Assembly (NCBI GenBank): GCA_050916045.1
Contig: CP051526.1
Span: 928,001-992,000, forward strand
Direction: 5' to 3'
DNA length: 64,000 bases
DNA from: Tepidisphaera sp.
GTDB taxonomy: Bacteria; Planctomycetota; Phycisphaerae; Phycisphaerales; UBA1924
In this document: piece after piece, positions 1-9,434 of the stretch
Numbering within the stretch: the first letter of the stretch is position 1
Layout: each line of letters starts with the position of its first letter
Position numbers and translations under genes: made by a program
Notes under the pieces: generated by a model
Databases searched by the model: none
Told to the model about the DNA's origin: nothing
What the model saw: the letters and a program-made list of their open reading frames with translations, nothing else

Positions 1-1520
1 AGACCGCCGCTCTCGCCGGGCAGGCCGATCCCGGTCTTGGAGCCGAATCCGAAACGGCGCACCGCGTCGCGCAGCTGGCCGAAGGACATCCGCTCGGCAC
101 CCTTGCCCATTCCGATGTTCGACGAATTGATGAGGACGTCCGTCCAGGTCTGGCTGGCTTTGGCTTTCACGTCGCGGATCTCGCGGCCGTAGCTCGTCAC
201 CCAGTAGCCGTTCTCGGTGTCGACCACGTCGCTCGGGCGCATCTTGCCCAGTTCGGTGACGGAAGCCCAGACGAAGGACTTGAACGTGGAGCCCGGCTCA
301 TAGACGCTCTCGACGCAGCGGTTGTGCCCCAGCGCCGGGTGGATCGCCCGGCCCTTGTCTTCCTTGATGGTCTTGTAGCGGCGCTCGGGGACATACTCCG
401 GCGAGCCTGGCGATGGCTTGTTGCCGATGGGCACGAACGGGTAGTCGACGGCTTCGGGGACCGGTCGGATCATGTCGACCATCGCGAGGACCTCGCCGGT
501 CGCGGGGTCGAGGATGACGCATCGGCCGCCGGCGGCTTCGGTGTCCTGCACGCCGCGGAAGAGCTCTTCCTGCGCGATCCGCTGGATCTCAAGATCGATT
601 GACAAGCGGATGTCCTCGCCGTGTTTGGCGGGGGTGACATCGCCGGAGGCGATCCAGAGCGGGCGGCCGGCGGCGTCGCGCACGAAACGCACACGGCCGG
701 CATCGCCGTCGAGGCGGTCGCCGAGGAGCTTCTCCGCGCCGACGGTGCCGTTGGCATCCACGCCGAGGCGGCCGACCAGCGGAGCGACGGTGGCTCCGCC
801 GGGGTACTCGCGGACAGGGACGCGTTCGAGCACGACGCCGGGGAAGTTGAGGGCTTTCACGGCGGCGGCCTGTTCGTCAGTGAGAACGCCGGTGAGCGGC
901 ACATACCGCATGAGCTTCTTGAGCTTGGGCGGAGCGGCTTGGAGTTCGCCGGGTTCGAGCAGGCTCTGCGGCAGAGCAAAGGGTTCGCCGCCGGCTTCCG
1001 CGGTGACGAAGGTGGGAAGCTCGGGGATCTGGTCCTCGACGGCGTCTTCGAGTTCGGACTGGCTTGCGGCTGCGAGAAGCTCGCGGCGGAGGTCGTTCTC
1101 GCGAAGGGCATCGGAAACCAGCTTGCCGATCTCGGCGGGACTTTCTCCGGCGGCGCGAGCGAGTTCGACGATCACCATGTCGAGGGAAAGCGGCTTCTTG
1201 AGGGCTTCGAGCTTCTCGCGCTCCAGCATGGTCGGGTCGATCACGATGCGCGAGCCAAAGCGGGTCGTGCTGAGCACGCGTCCGCGACGGTCCATGATGT
1301 CGCCGCGCACGGCGAGCTCGGGCCGGACGCTGACGCGCGTCCCCACGGTCTCGAGAAGCCGCGTCGGAGGCTTGGTCTGGAGCATGACCACGCGGCCGAA
1401 CATCACGCCCATCGCGGCCGTGGCGAGGCCGACGAGCACGAGGCCGGTGAGGTTGACTCGGGACAAGCCCGAAGGCACGGGCCCGAGCGAGGACGCGGAC
1501 GGAGAGATCTTCTGATTCAC
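1..1520 (-). CDS. ftsI: Class B penicillin-binding protein (FtsI/PBP3-like); 3' end truncated by window edge
   Basis: Not in the ORF track. Manual translation from GTG at 1520 gives an N-terminal TM segment, RGDIMDRRG (PBP dimerisation domain), YEPGSTFK (SxxK, ~280-300) and INSSNIG (SxN, ~115-130) in one frame. Lies downstream of rsmH/ftsL. Confidence 0.9.
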   Translation of the reverse strand, partial: MNQKISPSASSLGPVPSGLSRVNLTGLVLVGLATAAMGVMFGRVVMLQTKPPTRLLETVGTRVSVRPELAVRGDIMDRRGRVLSTTRFGSRIVIDPTMLEREKLEALKKPLSLDMVIVELARAAGESPAEIGKLVSDALRENDLRRELLAAASQSELEDAVEDQIPELPTFVTAEAGGEPFALPQSLLEPGELQAAPPKLKKLMRYVPLTGVLTDEQAAAVKALNFPGVVLERVPVREYPGGATVAPLVGRLGVDANGTVGAEKLLGDRLDGDAGRVRFVRDAAGRPLWIASGDVTPAKHGEDIRLSIDLEIQRIAQEELFRGVQDTEAAGGRCVILDPATGEVLAMVDMIRPVPEAVDYPFVPIGNKPSPGSPEYVPERRYKTIKEDKGRAIHPALGHNRCVESVYEPGSTFKSFVWASVTELGKMRPSDVVDTENGYWVTSYGREIRDVKAKASQTWTDVLINSSNIGMGKGAERMSFGQLRDAVRRFGFGSKTGIGLPGESGG

Positions 1521-1593
1521 GGGGACACCCCACTGAAGGCCGGCGTTGGCTGGGATGAGGGCGGAAAGCTGATCGGCGGCGTGCCGCCGGCGA

Positions 1594-1935
1594 TCAGCGT
1601 GTGCTTGGCGTGTGCGAAGCGGGGACCGTCGCGGACCCCGACTGCACGTAGAGGTTGGGCAGGGTCGGTGCGGGCTTCTCGCCGTCCTTGGTTCCGGGAT
1701 TCATGATGAGCGGGCGAAGCTCGGCTTTGCCCGCGACCATGGTGCCCACGCGCTCGGGCGTGACGAACTGTCCGATGTCGGCCCGAACGGCCAGGAGCCG
1801 TTCATCCAGCCCGCGGACGCTGAGCTGGACCTTCGCCAGTTCGTGCGTGACGGCCAGGCGCGACTGCCGGAGAGCCAGCAACCCGCACGCGGTTCCGCAG
1901 CAGACGAAGATGACGACGACGAGCTTGGCGAACAT
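1594..1935 (-). CDS. ftsL: FtsL-like cell division protein
   Basis: 113 aa; single N-terminal TM followed by a coiled-coil-like segment and 'TPERV'; directly upstream of ftsI. Confidence 0.6.
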   Translation of the reverse strand: MFAKLVVVIFVCCGTACGLLALRQSRLAVTHELAKVQLSVRGLDERLLAVRADIGQFVTPERVGTMVAGKAELRPLIMNPGTKDGEKPAPTLPNLYVQSGSATVPASHTPSTR

Positions 1936-2009
1936 CGGAAGGTGACCTTGCGAGAAACCAGCGGACGGAACAGACGCGACCGGAACGGATACCCGGAACG
2001 GATGCTTGG

Positions 2010-2774
2010 TTACTTCCCGGGCAGCTTGAGCTCATCGCCGACCGAGAGGCTGTCCTCGCGGCCGCGGAGGGCCGGGTTGAGCTCACGGATCTTGGTCAGC
2101 GAAGTGTTGAACTTGCGGGCGATGCTGCTCAGGGTGTCGCCGGAAGAGACCTTGTAGGTGACGGTGGTGCTGGCCGCGACCAGGGGGCCGTCGGAGATCG
2201 GCTTGTTGCCGGCGGGCGCGGTCGAGGGCTTGCCGGTGTAGGGAAGGGCTTTGCCCGTGAGGACGTCCTTGGCGGGGATGTTGAGCTTCTGGCCGAGCTT
2301 GAGGGCTTTCCCGGCGGTGAGCTTGTTGTAGTCGGAGAGCTTGTTGTGCAGGGAAGCGTCGCCGTACTGCTTCTTACAGATGGAGTAGAGGGTGTCGCCG
2401 GACTGGATGGCGTAGACGGTGTCGGGAATGGCGGTGGGGGTCGGTCCGGTGAACTGGTCCTCGATCGAGCTCTGCTGGGACCCATCCGGGAGCTGAGCGG
2501 TCTTGCCGGAATCGGGCTGGGTCTGATTGATGACCTTGGGCTCAGGCTGGGGGACCGGCTTGGGCTTGGGCTCGATTTCGGGAAGCTGCTTGGAGGGGGT
2601 GTAGGGATCCGAGCCGGAGTTGCCGACGACGGTCAGGCGGCTGGGGTCATCCCCGGTCATGGGGGCTACGGCGGAGGCGGCGTCGGATTTCTTCACGTGA
2701 TCGGTAATTAACACACCAACCACGAGAACCAGTGAAAGGCCGACGATCAGTGCGAGTTTAAGTTCACGGGTCAC
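2010..2774 (-). CDS. Membrane-anchored protein with two LysM peptidoglycan-binding domains
   Basis: N-terminal TM (MTRELKLALIVGLSLVLVVGVLI), Pro-rich linker, LysM motifs YAIQSGDTLYSI and YKVSSGDTLSSIARKF; GTG start at 2774 chosen. Confidence 0.85.
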   Translation of the reverse strand: MTRELKLALIVGLSLVLVVGVLITDHVKKSDAASAVAPMTGDDPSRLTVVGNSGSDPYTPSKQLPEIEPKPKPVPQPEPKVINQTQPDSGKTAQLPDGSQQSSIEDQFTGPTPTAIPDTVYAIQSGDTLYSICKKQYGDASLHNKLSDYNKLTAGKALKLGQKLNIPAKDVLTGKALPYTGKPSTAPAGNKPISDGPLVAASTTVTYKVSSGDTLSSIARKFNTSLTKIRELNPALRGREDSLSVGDELKLPGK

Positions 2775-2940
2775 GCCTGCATCCTTGCCCACCAGCCCGG
2801 CGTCCACGCCGAGTACCCGGTGGCACTGAAGTTACCCATCGGCACGGCCAAGCCCCAGGACGATCCATCGTCCCGCCGTCACCGAGTTTCGTGCTGAAAC
2901 CCCGTCCGGAAATCCCTTCCGTCCGGAAACCATCTCACCA

Positions 2941-3912
2941 TCATAACGACTTCACTGCGGCTGTCACGCCGGTGAGCCGTATCGCGCGGAACTTTGCCGA
3001 CCTCGATCTCGGGTTTTCCGCAATCTCGTCCGGCCCGGCTTCCGCCGCGCCGCCGACCACATCCGTCGCCCATCCCGAACCGACCCACCCCGCGAACGCC
3101 CGCTTCACCTGCCGGTCTTCCAGCGAGTGAAACGAGATGATCCCGACCCTGGCTCCGGGCTTGAGCCAGCCGCCCGTGCTCGATCCGTCCGCCCCTCCCT
3201 TCGCCAGCCGCTCGGCGGTTCGGCCGATGGAAGCCAGAAGAGCGTCCAAGGCTCCGAGTTCATCGTTGACGGCGATGCGGAGGGCTTGGAAGGACTTGGT
3301 CGCGGGATCGGTTCGGGACCCGTGACGGGGACGCAGCGCCGAGCGCACGATTTCGGCGAAGCGGCCCGTGGTTGTTATCGGCGACTCGGCCCGAGCTTGC
3401 GCAATCTTTCTGACGATTGCCGGGGCACCCTCCTCTTCGCCGAACTCGCGCAAAATCCGGATCAGTTCGCCCGGCGGAAGGGTGTTGACCAGCTCGGCCG
3501 CCGTGATCGGCATCGAGGGGTCCATGCGCATGTCGAGCGGGCCATCCCGCATGAACGAGAACCCGCGAGCCCCGTCGTCCATCTGGTTGGACGAGAACCC
3601 AAGGTCGGCCAGGAGCATGTCGGCGCAAAGGGAGGCTTGGTCCATCCGCCAGGCGAGGTCGGCGAAGTTGCCGCGGAGCGGGAGGACCGTGACGCCCGGA
3701 GCGGCGGCGGCGGCGGTCGCGGCGGCTCGCTCGAGGTTGCCGGGATCGACATCGTTGAGGATGATGCGGCCCTCGGCGCCGACCGCGCGGGCCATCTGCG
3801 ACGCATGTCCGCCCAAGCCGGCGGTCGCGTCGACGTAGGTCTCGCCGCGGGAGGGCTTGAGAGCTTGCGCGATCTCGACGGGGAGGACGGGGATGTGAAG
3901 ACGGTCGGCCAC
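2941..3912 (-). CDS. rsmH: 16S rRNA m4C1402 methyltransferase RsmH (MraW)
   Basis: HIPVL, DATAGLGGH, DLGFSSNQ, RGFSF..DGPLDMRMD, FQALRIAVNDEL, SFHSLEDR, NPRSRSAKFR motifs. Confidence 0.97.
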   Translation of the reverse strand: MADRLHIPVLPVEIAQALKPSRGETYVDATAGLGGHASQMARAVGAEGRIILNDVDPGNLERAAATAAAAAPGVTVLPLRGNFADLAWRMDQASLCADMLLADLGFSSNQMDDGARGFSFMRDGPLDMRMDPSMPITAAELVNTLPPGELIRILREFGEEEGAPAIVRKIAQARAESPITTTGRFAEIVRSALRPRHGSRTDPATKSFQALRIAVNDELGALDALLASIGRTAERLAKGGADGSSTGGWLKPGARVGIISFHSLEDRQVKRAFAGWVGSGWATDVVGGAAEAGPDEIAENPRSRSAKFRAIRLTGVTAAVKSL

Positions 3913-3936
3913 GGGCGACGGTAGGTCGGGAAGGGC

Positions 3937-3965
3937 TTGCTTTGGATCGGGAAATCGGGTATGCT
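3937..3965 (+). promoter_or_regulatory. Putative sigma70 promoter for the RNHCP gene leader
   Basis: TTGCTT (3937-3942) - 17 bp - TATGCT (3960-3965). Confidence 0.5.
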
Positions 3966-4334
3966 GATTTCACGCGGCGTTTGCCGCATTTCAAGGTGCA
4001 GACTATGACCGTCGTTGCCTGATATCCCGAGCTCGAACCCATCGCGAAGCCCGTCTTTCCCCTGGAGAGTCGCTGGTTTTGCGGAGTTTCGAGCGGTCCT
4101 TCTCACGAGGATTCTGACGAGCGCTCCATGTCGGAGCGTGCGCGGTAACGCGTCGTCAGCGGGATGTCTCGAGCTCATTTCACCGACCGGAACGGCTTCA
4201 AGCGTGCTCGCTTGGGCCGCGGTGGTGACCACTTTCGCTTGATCTCTGGGCTTGGCGCGAGAGCCGCGGTCGCGGCGTCTTGCGTCGGGCGTTCGGTTCG
4301 CACGGTTCAATCGTCGCGCGGTGATGCGCGGCGC

Positions 4335-4359
4335 CGACCGCTTGCGCGGTCGTCTCTTT
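4335..4359 (+). terminator. Terminator/attenuator-like hairpin just upstream of the RNHCP start
   Basis: CGACCGC-ttgc-GCGGTCG followed by TCTCTTT. Confidence 0.35.
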
Positions 4360-4375
4360 GGTCTGACTTCTTCCC

Positions 4376-4726
4376 ATGTCACACAAATCACGAACGGATA
4401 CGGACTTCCGGTGCAACACCTGCGGCTGGCAGGTTTCGGCAAAGGCATTCGGGACCTCGCACCGCAACCACTGCCCGAGGTGCTTGTGGTCGCGGCACCT
4501 GGACGATGAGCCCGGCGACCGCCGTTGCGCGTGCCGCGAAGGGATGGAGCCCATCGGCATCGAGGTTCGCAAGGATGGCGAGTGGGCGATCATCCACCGG
4601 TGCACGGGCTGCGGCGTCATCAAGACCAACCGCGTCGCCGGCGATGATCAGGAGCGGCCGCTTCTGGCGCTGGCGCTGCGGCCGATCGCGAACCCTGCGT
4701 TCCCGCTGGATGATCTGAGGGAGTGA
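4376..4726 (+). CDS. RNHCP domain-containing zinc-binding protein
   Basis: FRCNTCG...HRNHCPRCLWSRHLD..PGDR...C...M.PI...IHRCTGCG...NRVAGDD signature. Confidence 0.92.
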   Translation: MSHKSRTDTDFRCNTCGWQVSAKAFGTSHRNHCPRCLWSRHLDDEPGDRRCACREGMEPIGIEVRKDGEWAIIHRCTGCGVIKTNRVAGDDQERPLLALALRPIANPAFPLDDLRE

Positions 4727-4753
4727 GTTCGAGGATGCGCGAGCGAACTCCGG

Positions 4754-5629
4754 TCACGCCGCGGGCGCGGCCGGGGCCGCCGCTTTCGCGGGGACCTTCG
4801 CTCCGCCCTGCCACTGGACGAGGACGCCGACGATGGTGACGGCGGCCCAGGTGATGGCGATGCCGATCGCGCCCATCTGGACCTTGCTGGCGAGTTCGGG
4901 GTTCATCGCGTTCAAAAGCCAGTAGCCGCAGACGATCACCGCTCCGCCGCCGAGCATCGCCGTGACGAGGGCGGCGCACTTCTTCGGCGCGGCTAAGCCG
5001 AGCAGGAGGCCCAGGATGAACCCGCCGGCGGCGGAGAGCATGAGCATTTTGCGGCTTTGGACCGGGAGGGCTTCCCAGCGGCCCTTGAGGTCGAGGCGGA
5101 CTTCCTCGGCGTACTCGTGCACGCGTTCGGCGGCGTCGCTTTTGTTCGCCCGAAGCTCTTCGCGGATCTTGGCGGCGCTCTCGGAGAGGGATGAGCGGAG
5201 AGCCGCGATGGTCTTCTGGGTCTCGGAAGGCTCGGGGAGAGCACCCGGCGTGCGGGCGAGGGTGATCGTCGCGCCGACGATGCCGATGGCCGCGAAGACC
5301 ACCGCCGCCGAGACGCCCATCGCGATCTTGAACGCCACCAGCGAGATGATCAGGCCCGCGATCAACCCGCCCGCCAAACCCGCGTAGACCGAGGGCAAGC
5401 CGAAGATCGTCGCGGTGTTCACGACGCCGGGGACGACCATCGCGCCGATCCACGCTCCACCGAGCGAGCCGAGGACGACGAACGCGGGCTGGACCACCCG
5501 GCCGCCGGCCAGCCAGAGGATCATCCCGGCGACGAATCCGGCTCCGACGAGCAAGTGGACCCCGAGCGGCAGGGTTTGCGCCGCCGCGAGGAAGGTCCCG
5601 ATGTGCTGGATCACGTCCGACAAGCCCAT
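4754..5629 (-). CDS. Multi-pass membrane protein of unknown function
   Basis: C-terminal 291 aa of the 861-aa track ORF; about 8 hydrophobic segments around a helical loop; ATG at 5629 preceded by GGAGG. Confidence 0.75.
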   Translation of the reverse strand: MGLSDVIQHIGTFLAAAQTLPLGVHLLVGAGFVAGMILWLAGGRVVQPAFVVLGSLGGAWIGAMVVPGVVNTATIFGLPSVYAGLAGGLIAGLIISLVAFKIAMGVSAAVVFAAIGIVGATITLARTPGALPEPSETQKTIAALRSSLSESAAKIREELRANKSDAAERVHEYAEEVRLDLKGRWEALPVQSRKMLMLSAAGGFILGLLLGLAAPKKCAALVTAMLGGGAVIVCGYWLLNAMNPELASKVQMGAIGIAITWAAVTIVGVLVQWQGGAKVPAKAAAPAAPAA

Positions 5630-5761
5630 TTCGACCTCCGCCCGACCCAATCGGCCCCTTGGCCTCCGCCGACTATAAGGTTGGGAGGCCGACCGAGCCG
5701 ATTGCACCCGTTCCCTCCTCATCGACCCTTTGCCGTCGGTCAGATAACCGCTGTGGACCCC

Positions 5762-7027
5762 ATGCCGAAGAAAAAGCCCGCCAAACCCCGCTCTTCGCCC
5801 GCTTCCAAGCCGGAATCCAAGCCGGAATCCGTCCCCGCGATCCCCCGCCGGGCCAAGCCCGCCGGTCCGCCTCCGGAAGCCACCGCCAAACCGGCGACCG
5901 CCGCGGAGAAGCGTGCTTTGGAGGGCTTGCCGCAGTTCCGCGAGAAAATCGACGCATTGGACAAGAAGCTGGTGCAGCTCCTGAATGAGCGGGCGGAGCT
6001 TGTGGTTGGGGTCGGCCGTCTGAAGCGGGCGGCCAAGCTGCCGATTTATGCGCCGCACCGCGAAGCCGAGGTGCTGGACCGCGTGACCTCGTCCAACAAG
6101 GGCCCGCTTCCGAACCGTGCGCTCGAAGGGGTGTATCGTGAGCTGATGAGCGGATCGTTCCAGCTTCAGCAGCCGCTTCGCATCGGGTTCCTCGGGCCCC
6201 CGGGGTCGTTCAGCCATCTTGCGGCGGTGCGGCACTTCGGGACGTCGGTGGCTTTCGAGGATCTGCACGAGATCGAGGGCGTGTTCACGGAGGTGGTGCG
6301 CGGGCATGTGAACTATGGCTTGGTGCCTATTGAGAACTCCACCGGCGGCGGGATCGTTGAAACATTGGATGCGTTTCAGAAGTATTGCCGCGACCTGCAT
6401 GTGTATTCCGAGGTGCAGCTTGAGGTGCACCATTGCATGCTGGCGCAGTGCGAGCCCAAGCAGGTCCGGCGGATTCACAGCAAGCCCGAAGTGTTCAGTC
6501 AGTGCCGGCATTGGCTCGCGACGCAGTATCCGCAAGCACAGCTCATCCCCGCGGCGAGCAGCAGTCGGGCGGTGATGACGGCGGCGGAGGAGTGCGCGAA
6601 AGCCCGCGAGATCGGGGCTGAGCCGGGGACCGCGGCGATCGGGAGCGAATTGGCAGCGGAGCTTTACGGCCTCAAGGTGCTTTTCGCGAAGATCGAGGAC
6701 AATCCGAACAATGTGACGCGGTTCTTCGTCATCAGCCGTGCGAAGGCGCAGCGGAGCGGGGATGACAAGACGAGCATCATGTTCGCGACGGCGGACAAGC
6801 CGGGCGCGCTGGTGAGCGTGCTCAAGGTCTTCCAGGACCACGGCGTGAACCTCACGCACATCGACAAGCGGCCCAGCGGCAAGCAGAACTGGGCGTACAC
6901 GTTCTTCATCGACGCGGCGGGGCACCGAGAGGACCCGGCGGTGGCGAAAGCGATCGCGGAAGCGACGACGCACTGCAATGAGCTGCACGTCCTGGGCAGC
7001 TTCCCGCGGAGTAAGCGGATTTTGTAG
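5762..7027 (+). CDS. pheA: Bifunctional chorismate mutase/prephenate dehydratase (P-protein)
   Basis: REKIDALD..LVQLLNERA (CM), FLGPPGSFSH, VPIENSTGG, NNVTRF (PDT), C-terminal ACT domain DKPGAL...NLTHIDKRPS. Confidence 0.96.
   Translation: MPKKKPAKPRSSPASKPESKPESVPAIPRRAKPAGPPPEATAKPATAAEKRALEGLPQFREKIDALDKKLVQLLNERAELVVGVGRLKRAAKLPIYAPHREAEVLDRVTSSNKGPLPNRALEGVYRELMSGSFQLQQPLRIGFLGPPGSFSHLAAVRHFGTSVAFEDLHEIEGVFTEVVRGHVNYGLVPIENSTGGGIVETLDAFQKYCRDLHVYSEVQLEVHHCMLAQCEPKQVRRIHSKPEVFSQCRHWLATQYPQAQLIPAASSSRAVMTAAEECAKAREIGAEPGTAAIGSELAAELYGLKVLFAKIEDNPNNVTRFFVISRAKAQRSGDDKTSIMFATADKPGALVSVLKVFQDHGVNLTHIDKRPSGKQNWAYTFFIDAAGHREDPAVAKAIAEATTHCNELHVLGSFPRSKRIL
6772..7025 (+). repeat. Copy 1 of ~254-bp direct repeat (pheA 3' end)
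   Basis: Aligns by eye without gaps to 8406-8659 with 12 substitutions. Confidence 0.97.
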
Positions 7028-7091
7028 CCATACTTTGTTTGAATTCGCAGATCGACCTTGCGGAATCGCCTTGTTGTAGTATGTTGGGGGC

Positions 7092-8189
7092 ATGAAGACT
7101 CGCTTTGGCGTGGCGGCGGTCTCGCTGGTCCTTTCGGGGTCGGTTCTCGGACAGACGTGGACGTACATCCCCAATCTCCAGATCGGCGACGTTTCCCGGG
7201 ACGCGGGTGTCGTCGTCGGGACGACGTTCGGGGGGTCAGCCCGTTGGACTCGGGCCGGGGGGTTGCAGGTCTTCGGCACCGAGCCGGGGTTCGGGAGAGT
7301 CAACGTTGCGCAAGTCGTCACGAGCGACGGCGGTGCCACGTTCGGGTTCTCAAGCAGGTCGTCGGGGCGCGACCAACTCTACCGATGGCAAGGCCCGGGG
7401 ACATTTAGCGGACTCGGGAACTACACGAATGCGGAGCGGCTCGACGCGACCGACGCGAATGGGGACGGCACGGTTGTCGTAGGAACCGCGAGTGCAGGGC
7501 AGGGGGCGGTCTTCCAGTCCTATGTGTGGACGCCGCAGCGAGGGGTCCAGACGATCCCCGGGCTCATCGCGTTCAGCACGGCCGAGGCGGTCAGCGCGGA
7601 CGGGACGTTGATCGCAGGCAGCCGTCGTACCGCGAGCAACAACACCGAAGCGTACCTCTGGTCATCCTCGTTGGGCGTCACGGTGCTGCCTCGCTTGCAC
7701 GGCCAGTTCTCCGAGGCCTACGACATGAGCGCCGACGGGCGGTACGTCGTCGGCGTCTCTGAATCCCTCAACGGCGGGCGAGCGGTGATCTGGGAAGCGG
7801 GGATGGTTCGATCGCTCGGCGTGCTCGAAAACTTCAACAACAGCACAGCCTACTCGATCTCGGATGATGGCTCGATTGTCACAGGTCGTTGCCGTGAGAT
7901 CATCGGGCCAGTGGACCCGAACAACGATGAGTTCGTGTGGTCGACGGCGTGGGGCATGCTGCCTCTGAGGGAGTTCCTGGGTCGCCATGGCGTTGAAACG
8001 CCTTTGGGGATGTACCTCGACGACATCAGGGTGAGCAAGGATGGTCTATCAATCTACGGGAGTGGTTTTTACGGCACGGGAGACTTTGGAACGTTCATTA
8101 TCGCAATTCCGACACCTTCGATTTCTTTGGTGTTACTGGGTGTCAGTCTCCTCGGACGCACTTCTCGCTGCCGAAAGTCCTTGGTTTGA
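7092..8189 (+). CDS. Secreted HAF-type repeat (beta-propeller-like) protein with PEP-CTERM-like C-terminal tail
   Basis: Signal peptide; repeated A..(V/M/I)SADG..(V/I)VG...A..W units; ends IPTP + hydrophobic stretch + basic residues. Confidence 0.75.
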   Translation: MKTRFGVAAVSLVLSGSVLGQTWTYIPNLQIGDVSRDAGVVVGTTFGGSARWTRAGGLQVFGTEPGFGRVNVAQVVTSDGGATFGFSSRSSGRDQLYRWQGPGTFSGLGNYTNAERLDATDANGDGTVVVGTASAGQGAVFQSYVWTPQRGVQTIPGLIAFSTAEAVSADGTLIAGSRRTASNNTEAYLWSSSLGVTVLPRLHGQFSEAYDMSADGRYVVGVSESLNGGRAVIWEAGMVRSLGVLENFNNSTAYSISDDGSIVTGRCREIIGPVDPNNDEFVWSTAWGMLPLREFLGRHGVETPLGMYLDDIRVSKDGLSIYGSGFYGTGDFGTFIIAIPTPSISLVLLGVSLLGRTSRCRKSLV

Positions 8190-8403
8190 TGATTCGACCA
8201 GAAAATTGTGGACAACTCCGGAATCGGTGCGGCGGGTGGTACGACCGCCGTTCGGTCTTCCGGGGTCTCAGTGGGGCTCCGTTGACCGACGTGTGCGTGA
8301 TGGAGCACTGAGCGGGGGTGCCACGATCCGCCGCTTCGGCGCATCGTGGATGGACGTCCGTCCAGCATGAAACGTCGAGTCTTCGGGCGTGGTCTCGTGC
8401 GGC

Positions 8404-8661
8404 ATGAGCATCATGTTCGCGACGGCGGACAAGCCGGGCGCGCTGGTGAGCGTGCTGAAAGTCTTCCAGGACCACGGCGTGAACCTCACGCACATCGACA
8501 AGCGGCCCAGCGGCAAGCAGAACTGGGCGTACACGTTCTTCATCGACGCAGCGGGGCACCGTGAGGACCCGGTGGTGGCGAAAGCAATCGCGGAAGCGAC
8601 GACGCATTGCAACGAGTTGCACGTGCTGGGCAGCTTCCCGAGGAGCAAGCGGATTTTGTGA
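8404..8661 (+). pseudogene. Duplicated pheA 3' fragment (ACT domain only, 85 aa); remnant or stand-alone ACT protein
   Basis: MSIMFATADKPGAL...SFPRSKRIL; matches the PheA C-terminus except one A>V and the T>M at its start. Confidence 0.85.
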
Positions 8662-8803
8662 ACGGCTACTGACAGCTCGCGTCTGGGTCCGCGTCATCGG
8701 TTTGGCGCGGGTCTGTTCAGCGGCACGGGATGGGGAAGCCGCCGTTGGGCATCCGACACGTGTGGGATTCCACGGGTGCGGGGGTGCGTGTAGACTCGGT
8801 GCT

Positions 8804-9415
8804 ATGGACGCTTCGGAGAGCCCGACGATCACGATCTTGCTGAAGGAGGGCTTGCCCGAGTCTGATCGGCTGGGGCAGCTTTTGCCGCTGGTGTACGACG
8901 AGCTGAGGCGGGCGGCGCAGCAGTGTCTGAAGGGTGAGCGGGCGGGGCACACGCTTCAGGCGACGGCGTTGGTGCACGAGGCGTACGTGAAGCTTGTGGG
9001 TCCGCGGGAGATTCCGTGGGAGAACCGGGCGCACTTCTATGCGGCGGCGGTGCAGGCGATGCGTCGGATCATGATCGACCATGCTCGGGCGCGGACGGCG
9101 GCGAGCCGTGGGGGTGGGCACGGCGAATCGCTGATGGAAGCGGAGGGCGCTCGGCGGGCGGCGCTGGGGCTTTCGGGGTTGCCAGATCTTGATTCGGCGG
9201 AGGAAGCGGCGGGATTCCTGATCCTCGATGCGGCGGTTGCTCGCTTGGAGGGAGTGGATCCCGAAGCGGCGCAGGTGGTGCGTCTGCGGTACCTTGGCGG
9301 GCTGACGATCGAGCAGACCGCGGAGGCGATGGGAGTCTCCGCGCCGACGGTGAAGCGTTCGTGGGCGTTCGCTCGCGGGTGGCTGAAGGAGGCGATCGAG
9401 TCGGGGCGGGTCTGA
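8804..9415 (+). CDS. ECF RNA polymerase sigma factor, planctomycete TIGR02999-like family
   Basis: LLPLVYDELRR.A...ERAGHTLQATALVHEAY, RAHFYAAA..AMRRI..DHAR, W.FARGWL. Confidence 0.93.
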   Translation: MDASESPTITILLKEGLPESDRLGQLLPLVYDELRRAAQQCLKGERAGHTLQATALVHEAYVKLVGPREIPWENRAHFYAAAVQAMRRIMIDHARARTAASRGGGHGESLMEAEGARRAALGLSGLPDLDSAEEAAGFLILDAAVARLEGVDPEAAQVVRLRYLGGLTIEQTAEAMGVSAPTVKRSWAFARGWLKEAIESGRV

Positions 9416-9434
9416 GGCGTTTCAGGAGAGCGGC

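Noticed and set aside
472..1706. Plus-strand ORFs of 347 and 361 aa
   Set aside because: Antisense shadows of ftsI, which has clear motifs on the minus strand.
4754..7339. 861-aa minus-strand ORF
   Set aside because: The N-terminal two-thirds is the antisense shadow of pheA; only 4754-5629 looks like a real membrane protein.
6772..8661. pheA repeat as prophage/ICE att sites or DGR template/variable repeat
   Set aside because: No integrase or reverse transcriptase in the window; substitutions are synonymous rather than adenine-specific.
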